From contig CAVZVA010000003.1 of the NCBI GenBank assembly GCA_963778655.1, positions 416,001 to 480,000 on the forward strand: 64,000 nt of DNA. The letters run 5' to 3'. Origin of the DNA: an uncultured delta proteobacterium. GTDB taxonomy: Bacteria; Myxococcota_A; Polyangia; Polyangiales; JAFGIB01. Position 1 is the stretch's first letter; each line of letters begins with the position of its first letter. Below, piece after piece: positions 17,699 through 30,063 of the stretch. Made by a program: the position numbers and the translations under genes. The notes below the pieces were generated by a model that made no database searches, was not told the origin of the DNA, and saw nothing but the letters and a program-made list of their open reading frames with translations.

Positions 17699-18262
17699 AT
17701 GGCGAAACGACGGCGCAAGGGCAAGCAACCGCCAGAGCAGCCGCCCGCTACGGCACCCGCGACCTCGCCGGGGGCCGAGCCACCCGAACAGGACGCGCCG
17801 CAGCCGGACGCGCCGGCGCCCGCAGCAGCCGCCGCCGCGCCCTCGAGTCTCGGCGGCCGGCGCGCGAGCAATGCCTTCATTCTGCTGTTTCTGCTCTATC
17901 AGGTGGCGATGCCGCTGCGCTATTACCTGGGCGGCCGCGGCGACGACGAGCGCTTCAGCTGGCGCATGTTCTCGACCGTGCGCATGCACCGCTGCGACGT
18001 GCGGCTGTATCAGGTCGAGGCGGGCCAGCGTCGGCCAGTCGACCTCACCCGGGCGGTACAGGTCGCTTGGATTGGCATGCTCGAGCGCAACCGGCCGCAG
18101 GTGGTGCGCGCGCTGATGCGGCGCCGCTGCCGCGAGCCCGACACCAACGCGGTCCGCTTCGAACGCCGCTGCACCAACACCGACGGCACGGCCCTGCCGC
18201 CCTTGCTGCTCGACATGAGCTGCCAGAGCGGCCGCGTCACCCGTGCCAAGGCGGCGCCATGA
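17699..18262 (+). CDS. Membrane-anchored hypothetical protein, HTTM partner
   Basis: One TM helix; DERFSWRMFS motif; upstream of the HTTM gene. Confidence 0.6.
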   Translation: MAKRRRKGKQPPEQPPATAPATSPGAEPPEQDAPQPDAPAPAAAAAAPSSLGGRRASNAFILLFLLYQVAMPLRYYLGGRGDDERFSWRMFSTVRMHRCDVRLYQVEAGQRRPVDLTRAVQVAWIGMLERNRPQVVRALMRRRCREPDTNAVRFERRCTNTDGTALPPLLLDMSCQSGRVTRAKAAP

Positions 18263-18305
18263 GACTCGCCGTGCCACGCCCCCGAGCCAAGCGCGAGGAC
18301 CAGTC

Positions 18306-19847
18306 GTGAACGCGTTCGAGCGCTTCTTCTACAGCGAGCACGGCGCGAGCCGCGCGTACCTGTTCTCCAAGCTGTTTCTGCTGATGCTCGCGCTCGACAC
18401 CTGGATGCTGATGATCGGCCACGCCGGGCGCTACGGCGTGGCCGGCTTCAACGTTGCGCACTTCGCCTGGCTCGACGCGCTGCAGCCGCTGCCCAGCGCG
18501 CGCTCCTACGTGGCGGTGCTGCTGCTGACGGGCTTGCTCGCGCTGGTGATCGCGCTGACCGGCATCCGCCGCAGCAGCGTGCTCGTGCTGTTCGCGCTCT
18601 ACACCTACTCCTGGTCGATGAGCATGCTCGACAGCTACCAGCACCACTACTTCCTCTCGCTCATCCTGCTGTGCCTGGCCTTCTTTCCGCAAACCTCGGC
18701 GCTCGAGATCCACCCCCCCCTGCCGCCCGAGCCCGGGCGCAAGCAACGCCGCCGCGAGCGCTCCGGCCAGCCGCAAGCCGCACACGCCGAGCGTGCGGGC
18801 TTCGTCTACGCCAGCAGCGTGCTGGCGATCGCGCTGGCCTACGCCACGATCGACGCCCGCGGCCACACCTGGGTCGCGTTCTTCCTGTTCGCAGCGGCGC
18901 TGGCGATCGCGACCTGGCTCTACACGCCCGCGCGCAGCGCGCCGCCGCTGCTGCGGCCGGGCTTCGGCTTCAGCCTGCTCGGCGCCACGGTCGCGATCGT
19001 CTACACCTTCACCGCGATCGCCAAGATGGACCGCAGCTGGGTGCAGGGGCACACCATCCGCCAGATCAGCTCCGCAGACCAGGCGTTCGCCGGTCTGGTC
19101 GAGTACGCGGGGCGCTTCGGGCTGCCGCGCGAGCGGCTATGGTCGCTGCTGGCGACACTGGTGATCCCACAGGAGCTGACGCTCGCCGCCTGCTACCTGC
19201 TGGCCGTGCACCAGGATCGGCTCGGCAGCCGGCTCGTGCGCGCGCTGTGCGGGCTCGGCTTCGGGCTCGCGATCGTGCTGCACGTGGGCGCGGAGGCCAT
19301 GGGCCTGCAGATCGGCTGGTTCAGCTACTACATGCTGGCGCTCGCTTGCTGCTTCCTGCTGCCGCTGCCGGTGGTCGATCGGCTGGCGACCGTGTTCACT
19401 TGGCCGGCCCGCTTCCTGCAGCACCAGGCGCTCGAGTGGGAAGCGCAGGGCCCGCCGCCGAAGCTCGCCAGCCTCGCGCTCGCGCTGCTGTGCGCGGGCC
19501 TGCTCGGCTTGGTCGGCTTCATGATCGACCTGCCGGGCGCGCTGCTCGCGTGCGCGCCCGCCGGCGTCGCGCTGCTCGCCGTGACCGCCGCCGCGCTCTA
19601 CGCGCGCAGCCCGCGCGACCCGCGCCGCCACGCCGTGGCCACCGCGCTCGCCGCGGTCGGCATGTGGCTCGCGATCGCGAACAGCGACGTGCGCTGGGAC
19701 TTCTACCGTTACCTGGGCGGTGACCTCAAACGCCGCGGCGAGCTCGCCCCGGCGCTCGAGACCTACCTCGAAGGCGAACGCTTCGCCCCGCCGGGCGAAA
19801 GCCGGGCCAAGCAGATCCGCGAGCTGCGCCAAGCGCTCGGCCGCTAA
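18306..19847 (+). CDS. HTTM-domain (gamma-carboxylase-like) membrane protein
   Basis: Multiple TM helices; YQHHYF, AIAKMD..W..G, IGWFSYYM. Confidence 0.7.
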   Translation: MNAFERFFYSEHGASRAYLFSKLFLLMLALDTWMLMIGHAGRYGVAGFNVAHFAWLDALQPLPSARSYVAVLLLTGLLALVIALTGIRRSSVLVLFALYTYSWSMSMLDSYQHHYFLSLILLCLAFFPQTSALEIHPPLPPEPGRKQRRRERSGQPQAAHAERAGFVYASSVLAIALAYATIDARGHTWVAFFLFAAALAIATWLYTPARSAPPLLRPGFGFSLLGATVAIVYTFTAIAKMDRSWVQGHTIRQISSADQAFAGLVEYAGRFGLPRERLWSLLATLVIPQELTLAACYLLAVHQDRLGSRLVRALCGLGFGLAIVLHVGAEAMGLQIGWFSYYMLALACCFLLPLPVVDRLATVFTWPARFLQHQALEWEAQGPPPKLASLALALLCAGLLGLVGFMIDLPGALLACAPAGVALLAVTAAALYARSPRDPRRHAVATALAAVGMWLAIANSDVRWDFYRYLGGDLKRRGELAPALETYLEGERFAPPGESRAKQIRELRQALGR

Positions 19848-19889
19848 ATCAGAGCTTGTGATTCGATCCCGAATCGCGAGCTCTGATCG
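19848..19889. repeat. REP-like palindrome or bidirectional terminator
   Basis: ATCAGAGCTTGTGATTCG-atcc-CGAATCGCGAGCTCTGAT between convergent genes; 22-bp arm repeated at 51015-51036. Confidence 0.7.
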
Positions 19890-19909
19890 CGTGCTCCGGC
19901 GCTGCGCGC

Positions 19910-20071
19910 TCAGCCCTTGGAGATCTTGCCTTCTTTGTGATCGGTGTGCTTGCGGCAGGCGTTGCAGAACTTCTTGATCGCGAACTTCTCCGTCATCGTG
20001 CGCTTGTTCTTGTCGGTGACGTAGTTGTCGCGCTTGCAGTCCTGGCAGGTCAGCTTGATCAGGTCGCGCAT
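19910..20071 (-). CDS. rpmG: 50S ribosomal protein L33 (zinc-binding form)
   Basis: MRDLIKLTCQDCKRDNY..KKFCNACRKHTDHKE. Confidence 0.96.
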   Translation of the reverse strand: MRDLIKLTCQDCKRDNYVTDKNKRTMTEKFAIKKFCNACRKHTDHKEGKISKG

Positions 20072-20143
20072 GGCTGGCTCCGGAAGGCTCCTCGGAAGTC
20101 GGCGGAGCATACCCGCGTCCGCGCGGGGGTCAACCTGAGCCCC

Positions 20144-22719
20144 TCACCCCGGGTTGACGTGCACCGCCGCGGCGGCGCCGTTGCGGCCGTTGGGCCCCGA
20201 AAAGCCGGGCGAAAAGCCACCGGAGCCACCGCGCCCGGCCACGCCCGCGCCCTCGACGCTGGCGCCCCGACCGAGCGCGTCCGCGTAACCCGCGGGGGGC
20301 GTGCCCACCACGTACACGCCGTAGCTGCCGCCGCCGCAGCCGCCCGCGCCACCACCGCCCGCGCCGCCGCGACCGCCGTCGCCGCCGCGCCCGCCGTTGC
20401 GCGCGCACCAGAAATCGCTCACGCCGCCCAGGCCGCCCGCGCCCCCGCTACCGCCGCCCGCGCCGATCCCGCCGGCGCCGCCGGCGCCGCCGCTCGCGGT
20501 GACGATGCGCACGCCCGACAGCTGCGGCCCGGCGCCGCCACCGCTCGGCAGCCGGATCAACACGCCGACCGCACTGCCGCCGCCGCCGCCGCCGTACGCC
20601 GCGGGCGCGCCGCAGCCGCCGCTGCCGCCGCCGCCACCACTGCCGCCGGCCTCGTCCGTGCAACCCGCTTCGGTGTTGCCGATCACCGCGTAGCCCGAGC
20701 CCGAGGTGGCGCCGCCGCCGCCCGAGCCGTCCGCGCCGTCCGCGCCATCGCCGCCGCCGCCCGCCGCGAGCAGACCGCTGGCGAAGTCCACCTGCTCGCT
20801 CGCGTCGCACGCCGCGCCCGGCGTGCCGTCGCCACCGGGCGCGCCGTCACCACCGGCGCCGCCGCTGCGCGGCAGCGAGGGATTGTCGTCGCAGAACTCG
20901 CACAGGTTGCGGTTGGTGGGCGCCGCGTAGGTCGGCTCGCCGCCCGCACCCGGCACGCTGCCACGGCCGGGCTGCGCGCTCGGCCCGGACGTGGCCGCGG
21001 CCTTGGCCGCCGCCAGGTCGCACACACCGCTGCTGTCGGTGAAGTCGGTACAGCCGGCGTTGCCGCACGGCATGCCGCTGCCGTTGACGCACGCGCTGGT
21101 CAGGTCCGGGCAGTCGGCGCCGCCGCCGCTGCCGCCGCTGACGTCGGCCCGCGGGCACAGCTTGGCGCCCGCCGCCCCGCCCGCGATCGGCACGCACGCG
21201 CCGCCGCTCGCGGTGCCGTCGATGCCGGGCGCGCCGTCGGCGCCGGCCAGCGCGCCGAGCGAGGCCAGCCCGAAGCGGCCGAGGTTGTCGCTCGAGCTGG
21301 CGCCATCGGCGCCCGCGGCCGCCCTGCCCGCAATCACGGTGAGGTTGGACAGCGTGAGCGCGTCGCTGCAGCGATCGAGGTAGACCGCGGTGCTGCCCTC
21401 CCCGGCCTGCGCGGCCTCGCCGCCTTCGATCGTCAGCCCGTCGATGGTGGCGGGTAGCTGCAGGCTCTTGCCGCGCAGCACCGGCGCGCCACCGGCGCCC
21501 GCGGGCGCCTCGATCAGCACTGGATTGAGCACCACGTCGCGCTGGCGGAAATCGGGGCTGTAGCCGCCGAACAGCGACACCCCGTCGACCAGATCGATCG
21601 GCCCCGGATAGATGCCGCGCGCCACCAGCACACTGCGCTCGCTGGCCTTGCCCAGCGCGAGCCCGCGCGCGATCGTGCGCACCGGACGCGAGGCGTCCAT
21701 GCCGTCGTTGGAGTCGTCACCGGTCTGCGCCACGAAGATCAGCTCCGGCGTGGGATCGACCTTGCCGTCGCAGTTGGCGTCGGCGCCGATCACCACGCCC
21801 GGCCCCGGCATCAGCTGGCACTCGCAGCCGGTGACCCCCAGCTTGTCCACGTCGACGAAGCCGGGCTCGCAGCTCAGGTCGCAGCGCGCGCCCGCGCCAT
21901 CGGCGACGCAGCTCGCGCGCATGTGCGGGCCCGGTGCCTCGCACGGCTGCCCGCACGCCCCGCAGTTGTCCGCGGTGAGGTAGCGCCCCGCGGCGTCGGC
22001 GAAGCCTTCATCGACCTTGTCGTCGCAATCGTCGTCCTGCCCGTTGCAGCTCTCGGGCAGCGCGGCCACGCAGGCGCTCAGGCCGCTCGGCCCACACTGC
22101 TGCAGGCCAGCGCAGGCGAGCCCGGCGGCGTTGTGCAGCAAGCATCCGAGCTGCGCGCCCGAGGCCGGGCCGGCGCAGGCACAGCTGCCGTTGTTCGGCC
22201 GGCACAACAGCGGATCGCCCGGCGCCGCCGCGTCGCACGCAAAGCCCGGCGGGCAGTCGCTCGGCAGCCGGCACGGCCGGCCGCAACGATTGGCGCCCGT
22301 CGGGTCGGGCACGCAGCGCGCGCCCTCGGTCCACTGCGCGCAGTCCGCGTCGCTATCGCACGGCATGCACAGCACCTCGGTCGCCGGCACGCAGCTGCCG
22401 CTGTCCGGGCTCGGCAGGCGCTGGCCTGGCGGGCATTGCGCGATGCGGCAGCGCGACGCGCCGTCGCTGTCGGTCACGCACTCGGTGCGCGCCGCGTCCG
22501 GGAACGCCGCGTCGCACGACACCCCGCAGCCGCCGCAGTCCTGCACGCTGGTGTAGCGGCCGCGCGGGTCGGCGAAGCCCTCGTCCGTCACGCCGTCGCA
22601 ATCGTCGTCCAGCCCGTTGCACTGCTCGGGCTGACACGGCCGGGCTGCATAGCACGCGCCCAGCCAGAGCGCGCACAGCGGCGCGAGCACGGACCGCGGC
22701 AGCCTGGCGAGCGCGTCCT

Positions 22720-22723
<4 letters not shown>
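20144..22723 (-). CDS. Secreted Cys-rich/Gly-rich lipoprotein with ExCNGxDDDCD repeats
   Basis: LGAC lipobox; EQCNGLDDDCDG; DUF1565-like FVAQTGDDSNDG..PVRTI; Gly-rich tail. Confidence 0.75.
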
Positions 22724-25299
<2,576 letters not shown>

Positions 25300-25360
25300 C
25301 GCACAAAGCGTATCGCATCGGGCGCACGGGGGCACCTTCCGCGGAGTGCAGGACCCACGC

Positions 25361-26488
25361 TCACCAGCCGAGCTCGGCGCGGATCAGCGCGGCTAGCTCG
25401 TGACCGAGTCGGGCGTGGGTGGAGACGTTGGGGTGAAAGTCGCAGCCGAAGCCCTCGGCCGGATCGACGTAGAGCTGGAGCAGCGCGGTTTGCGTGTCGC
25501 CGAGCGCACGCCGCTGCGCCTGCACCTCGAGCAGCCAGCGGCGCAACGTGCTGCGCGCCTGCGGCTGCGGAAAGTCGTCGGCCAGCATCGGACCCAGCAC
25601 CAGTACCAACAGCGCGTGCGGGTGGCGCGCGCGCAGGCGTGCGACGAACGCGAGATAGCTCGACACGAAGCGCTGCGCGTCCGGCACGCCCGCGAAGAAG
25701 TCGTTGGTTCCCAGGTTCAACACCACCACGTCGGCCGGCACCGCCTCCGCGTCGGGCTGCAGCCGCGGCTCTTCCGGCAACACGCGCGGATAGACCGCCG
25801 GCAGCGGAAGCGCATCGCGCGGATCGTAGTTGCGGGTCACGCCCTTGCCGCTCCAGGCGATCATCACTGCCGCGGCGCCCAGCTCGCGCGCGGCGTACAC
25901 GCCGAAGCTGCGCAGGCTGTTCTCGGTGCGCGGGCTGAACTGACAGCTGGGCGCGCTGCCCTCGTCGCCGTAGCCGGCGGTGACCGAATCGCCGACCAGC
26001 TCGATGCGCCGCGAGGGCGCGGTCGGGGGCGGGCGCAGGCTCGCGCCGGGATCGAGCACGAAGCCGCGCAGCGCGATCACCCCGACCTGGCCCTCGGTCC
26101 GCTTGTAGATCGCCGCCCGGTGCGTGCCGGGGCCAAGGCCACGCGCGAGCGGATACAGGTGCAAGCCTTCGGCGAGCGCGAAGGTCTTCGGCTGGCCGCC
26201 GTCGATCACGACCGAGATCCAGTCAGTGTCGCGCGTCTGGTCCTCGACCGGCACGTCCTGCAGCCGCGCGCGCAGCGAGCTGCCGCGAAACGCCAGCTCG
26301 ATCGCGCTCGCGGGCCAGCCGAAGCGCACGGCGCCGGCCGTGTGCTCGAAGCGCCCGGTGTAGCGGATGCGCGCGTCCGAGGGTGCCACCTGCACGGGCG
26401 GCGGCGGGGCCGGCCGCGCGCAGCCGAGCGCCAGGGACAGCGCGCAGCAACCGCTGCGCCACGCCGTGCTCGCAGGCGGCGCCCGCAT
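25361..26488 (-). CDS. SGNH/GDSL esterase lipoprotein (CE2-like)
   Basis: LVGDSVTAGYG, AWSGKG, NLGTND, DFHP. Confidence 0.88.
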   Translation of the reverse strand: MRAPPASTAWRSGCCALSLALGCARPAPPPPVQVAPSDARIRYTGRFEHTAGAVRFGWPASAIELAFRGSSLRARLQDVPVEDQTRDTDWISVVIDGGQPKTFALAEGLHLYPLARGLGPGTHRAAIYKRTEGQVGVIALRGFVLDPGASLRPPPTAPSRRIELVGDSVTAGYGDEGSAPSCQFSPRTENSLRSFGVYAARELGAAAVMIAWSGKGVTRNYDPRDALPLPAVYPRVLPEEPRLQPDAEAVPADVVVLNLGTNDFFAGVPDAQRFVSSYLAFVARLRARHPHALLVLVLGPMLADDFPQPQARSTLRRWLLEVQAQRRALGDTQTALLQLYVDPAEGFGCDFHPNVSTHARLGHELAALIRAELGW

Positions 26489-26492
26489 CGGC

Positions 26493-26807
26493 TCACTCCG
26501 GCAGGGTGTCGAGCGCGGTCTGAAGCTCGCTACGCGCGTGCTCGTCGCGCGCCGCCTTGGCGACGGCCACGCCCTGCTGCAGCCAGACGCGCGCGTCCTC
26601 GGTGCGCTCCAGCTCCGCCGCGATCTGCCCGGCCATCAGGAAGGTGGGCACGTAGTCGGGGTGCAACGCCCGCACCTCCTCCAGCGCGCCGAGCGCGTCC
26701 TCGAGCTGCCCCATGCCGCGCAGCTCCAGCGCGCGCGCATAGCGCACGAAGGGGTCCTTGCTGCCCTTGGCGATCAGCTGCTCCAGCCGCTGCAAGCGCG
26801 CGTTCAC
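26493..26807 (-). CDS. Small TPR protein
   Basis: DPFVRYARALE..HPDYVPTFLMAGQ. Confidence 0.8.
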   Translation of the reverse strand: MNARLQRLEQLIAKGSKDPFVRYARALELRGMGQLEDALGALEEVRALHPDYVPTFLMAGQIAAELERTEDARVWLQQGVAVAKAARDEHARSELQTALDTLPE

Positions 26808-26883
26808 GGTCGACCCGAGTGTTCCTTGCGCCGGGACGGGCGCGTGCGCGTCAAAGTCACGGTATCACAGCACGCACGAGCGG

Positions 26884-26962
26884 AGCGAGCCTCGCAGGAG
26901 GGTGGGGCCCCGGCGGCTTTGCCGACGGGGCGGGAGGGGCGCATTCCCCTCCCGGTATCGAA
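26884..26962 (+). repeat. Dispersed ~80-bp intergenic repeat, copy 2
   Basis: Aligns with 16641-16718; hairpin GGGAGGGG-cgcatt-CCCCTCCC. Confidence 0.8.
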
Positions 26963-26963
26963 C

Positions 26964-27491
26964 CTACGGCAGCACACCGACGTAGGGCAGGTTGCGGTAG
27001 TGCTGCGCATGGTCGAGACCATAGCCCACCACGAACACGTCGTCGATCGAGAAGCCCAGGTAGTCGATGCTCACCGCAGCGCGTGAGCGCGCCGGCTTGT
27101 GCAGCAGCGCCGCCAGCTTGAGCGAGCGCGGCCCGCGCGTGCCCAGATTTTCGAGCAGAAAGCGCAACGTCAGCCCGGTGTCGACGATATCCTCGATCAG
27201 CAGCACGTCCTTGCCTTCGACCGGCTGCGTGAGGTCGCTGGTGATCTGCACCACGCCGCTGGTCTCGGTCGAGTCGCCATAGCTGCGCACGCCCAGGAAA
27301 TCGAGCGTCATCGGCAGCTCGATGCAGCGGATCAGATCGGCGGCGAACACGAAGCTGGCCTTGAGCACCGCCACCGCGACCAGCTCGCGGCCGCGGTAGT
27401 CGGCGGTGATGCGCGCGCCGAGCTCGTGCACGCGCGCGGCGAGCACGTCGGCGGAGAGCAGGCACGGCGGCTTTGGCAGGCTCGTGCTCAT
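26964..27491 (-). CDS. hpt: Hypoxanthine phosphoribosyltransferase
   Basis: [28 protein letters not shown]. Confidence 0.95.
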   Translation of the reverse strand: MSTSLPKPPCLLSADVLAARVHELGARITADYRGRELVAVAVLKASFVFAADLIRCIELPMTLDFLGVRSYGDSTETSGVVQITSDLTQPVEGKDVLLIEDIVDTGLTLRFLLENLGTRGPRSLKLAALLHKPARSRAAVSIDYLGFSIDDVFVVGYGLDHAQHYRNLPYVGVLP

Positions 27492-28264
27492 AGCGTCTGC
27501 AGCAGCACGCGCGCGGCGCGCAGCCCGTGGGTGAGCAGCTCGGGCAGCGACCCGAGCAGGATCAGCGTGGCGGCCCACACCGCGAGCAGGCCGAGCGCGG
27601 CGCGCCCCGGCAGCAGCGCCAGCGTGAGGCCCGAGCCGGCTGCGCTGCGCGCGGCCAGCGCCACCGCGAGCTCGGCCAGACCGATCGCGGCGCCGACCGG
27701 CAGCGAAAGCAGCAGCGCGCTCGCGAAAGCGTCGCCGACCAGCCGCGCGCTGGAAAGCGCCACCGCCGGCAGCGCGTGCAGCGGCGCGGGCGCGCCCAGC
27801 GGCCTGCGCGCTAGCGCGTCGGCCAGCGTGCGCAGCGCGACCCGGTGTCCGCCCAGCGCAAAGAACACCGAAACCCCCAGCAGCAGCTGCAGCGCAGCGT
27901 AGGGATGCTCGCTGCCGGGCGTGCCCGAGAAGCGGCCGTACAGCCGGCCCGCCCACTCCAGCGCGAGCAGCGGCAGCGCCAGCGCGAGCGCGTAGACCGT
28001 GCCGAGCAACGCCTCGCGCAGGCTCAGCGCCAACAGCGAGGACAACGCGAGCGGCAGCGCGGGAGCGCCCGCGCTCGCCACCGGCCACAAGCACAGCGCG
28101 AGCACCAGCGTCACCGCCAGTGCCAGCGGCGCCGGCGCGCGCCGCACGGCGAGCCACGGCGCCAGCCAGCAAAGCGGCGCAAGCCGCGCCAGCAGCAGCA
28201 CGCCGAGCGCCAGCTCGCGCGCGAGCGCCTGCGGCTGCAGCCCGCCCTGGACCAGCGCGCTCAT
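27488..28264 (-). CDS. FliR/EscT-like export-gate membrane protein, divergent
   Basis: Hydrophobic 258 aa; REALLG, FFALGGH, LLLSLP; coupled to the fliQ-like gene. Confidence 0.7.
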   Translation of the reverse strand: MSALVQGGLQPQALARELALGVLLLARLAPLCWLAPWLAVRRAPAPLALAVTLVLALCLWPVASAGAPALPLALSSLLALSLREALLGTVYALALALPLLALEWAGRLYGRFSGTPGSEHPYAALQLLLGVSVFFALGGHRVALRTLADALARRPLGAPAPLHALPAVALSSARLVGDAFASALLLSLPVGAAIGLAELAVALAARSAAGSGLTLALLPGRAALGLLAVWAATLILLGSLPELLTHGLRAARVLLQTL

Positions 28265-28530
28265 GGCCCGCGCCGCGCCAGCTCGGCGAACAGCGCCGTG
28301 GTGAACGCCACCAGCCGGGCCAGCATCCAGGCTCCGCTCAGCAACAGCGCTGCGGCCACCGCCAGCAGCCGCGGCACGAACGACAGCGCCGGATCCTGGA
28401 CCTGGGTCGCGGCCTGCAGCACGGCGCTAAACAGGCCGGCGAGCAGGCTCGCCAGCAACGCCGGCGCGGCGAGCCACAACGCCAGCTGCAGGGCCTGAAG
28501 CACGTGCTGACCGAGCGCGCTCGCTTCCAC
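28261..28530 (-). CDS. FliQ/EscS-like export-gate protein
   Basis: [34 protein letters not shown]. Confidence 0.85.
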   Translation of the reverse strand: MEASALGQHVLQALQLALWLAAPALLASLLAGLFSAVLQAATQVQDPALSFVPRLLAVAAALLLSGAWMLARLVAFTTALFAELARRGP

Positions 28531-28627
28531 GCCGCCCACGGTAGCGATCACGCGGCGCGGACGCAACGAACGACCATGAAACAGGACCAGAAGACGCCGC
28601 CTTGACGCGGGCGCACCGCGCTGCCGG

Positions 28628-30004
28628 TCAGGATCCGGGCTGAAACACCACGGGAAACTTGGTGCTGGTGGCGTCGCCCGCGTTCGGGAAGCGCCACATG
28701 CGCACGGTGCGCTCGATGCACTGGGCCATGCCGGGCAGGCCCTGACCGCTGGTCTTGACGCTGGTGACGTTGCCCGCGGCCGAGACCGAGATGTTGACGT
28801 CCATGCGCACGGTCTCGTCCGAGCCCGACCCGCGCAGCGCGGTCTCATAGCAGCGCTGCAGGTTCTCGCGACCCTTGAGCACCACCTTGGAGAGCTGTTG
28901 CGCGGTGAGCCCCCCGCTGCCGTGCGCCGACGAGCCGCTGCTGCTGCTGCTGGGCGCGCGCAGATTGGGCGCGGCCGAGGTGTCGCCGCCCATGCGCTCC
29001 AGCATCGCCTTCTGCTCGGCGGTCAGCTCCTTCTTCGCCGGCTGCTTGGCGCTGGCGCTGCTGCTCTTGCTGCTGCGCGACGAGCTCGAGGACGAACCCG
29101 GCGTTTCGGGCTCGGCCGCCCCGATCACCATCTGCCCGCCCGGCTCAGTCGGCTCTTCGCTCGGCTGCTGCAGCTGCAGGTTGGGCTGCACCGGCTGCGG
29201 CGCGGCGGCAGGCGGCGGCGCCGCGGCCGCGCTGTTGGCGCGCTGCTCGCGCACCAGCCACTGCGCGCCCATGATCGCCAGCGCCGACATCAAGAACGCG
29301 AGGCCGCCCGCGAGCGCGAACATCACCGGGCCCGAGGGCAGCCCGGTGCGGCGCTCGACCGCGCCCCCGTCGAGCAGGGGGTTGACCGAAACCTGGGAGT
29401 GCGACTGCGCGTGAGACGGTGGCGGCTGCTGCGCCCACTCCTCGACTCCGTAGCCCGGCCCGGCGCCCGCACGCCCGCCCAGCGGCAGCATGTCGGCGCG
29501 CTGCGCGGGCTGCGTCAGCATCGCGGGTGGCGGCGGCGGCAGGCCGAGCGCGGGCGGCGGCGCCACCAGCATGGCGAGCTCGGGGATGCGACCGATCGGC
29601 AGCCAGTCGTCAAGCCCCTCGCGCCACGCCAGCGAATCCAGCGTGATCACCCCCGAGGCCAGCTTGCGCGCGACCTCGTCGCGGCGCATCGGCCCGACCG
29701 GCACGTCGTTGATGCCGACGTGCCACTCGTCGAGCGTCAGCACCGGCGCCTGCGGGCGCTGGTTGCTCGCGACCTGCATCTGAAAGTCGGCCCCGAGCGG
29801 CGAGGGCGGGGGCGGGGGCGCGTGCGGACGCGCCGGCTGCACGTGCGCGGCCGCATAGCCCTGAGGCTGGGGCGCGGCCGCGGGCTCGCCGTGGATGACG
29901 ATCTCCTCGTGGCAGCGCCGGCAGGTCATGCGCAGCGTGCGCCCGGCGACCTTCTCGTCGGCGATCTGATACTTCGCCTTGCAGTTGCCACACAGGAACT
30001 TCAT
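28628..30004 (-). CDS. AgmX/GltJ-like protein (zinc ribbon, GYF-like domain, TM, TonB-C-like domain)
   Basis: CGNCKAKYQIADEK..CRRC; SLAWREGLDDW; LQRCYE..WRFP. Confidence 0.8.
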   Translation of the reverse strand: MKFLCGNCKAKYQIADEKVAGRTLRMTCRRCHEEIVIHGEPAAAPQPQGYAAAHVQPARPHAPPPPPSPLGADFQMQVASNQRPQAPVLTLDEWHVGINDVPVGPMRRDEVARKLASGVITLDSLAWREGLDDWLPIGRIPELAMLVAPPPALGLPPPPPAMLTQPAQRADMLPLGGRAGAGPGYGVEEWAQQPPPSHAQSHSQVSVNPLLDGGAVERRTGLPSGPVMFALAGGLAFLMSALAIMGAQWLVREQRANSAAAAPPPAAAPQPVQPNLQLQQPSEEPTEPGGQMVIGAAEPETPGSSSSSSRSSKSSSASAKQPAKKELTAEQKAMLERMGGDTSAAPNLRAPSSSSSGSSAHGSGGLTAQQLSKVVLKGRENLQRCYETALRGSGSDETVRMDVNISVSAAGNVTSVKTSGQGLPGMAQCIERTVRMWRFPNAGDATSTKFPVVFQPGS

Positions 30005-30063
30005 GGAAGCGTCATCCCAGCGGAGCGCGCCCCCCGTCGTCCGGGCGCGATCCCGCTGCACTT

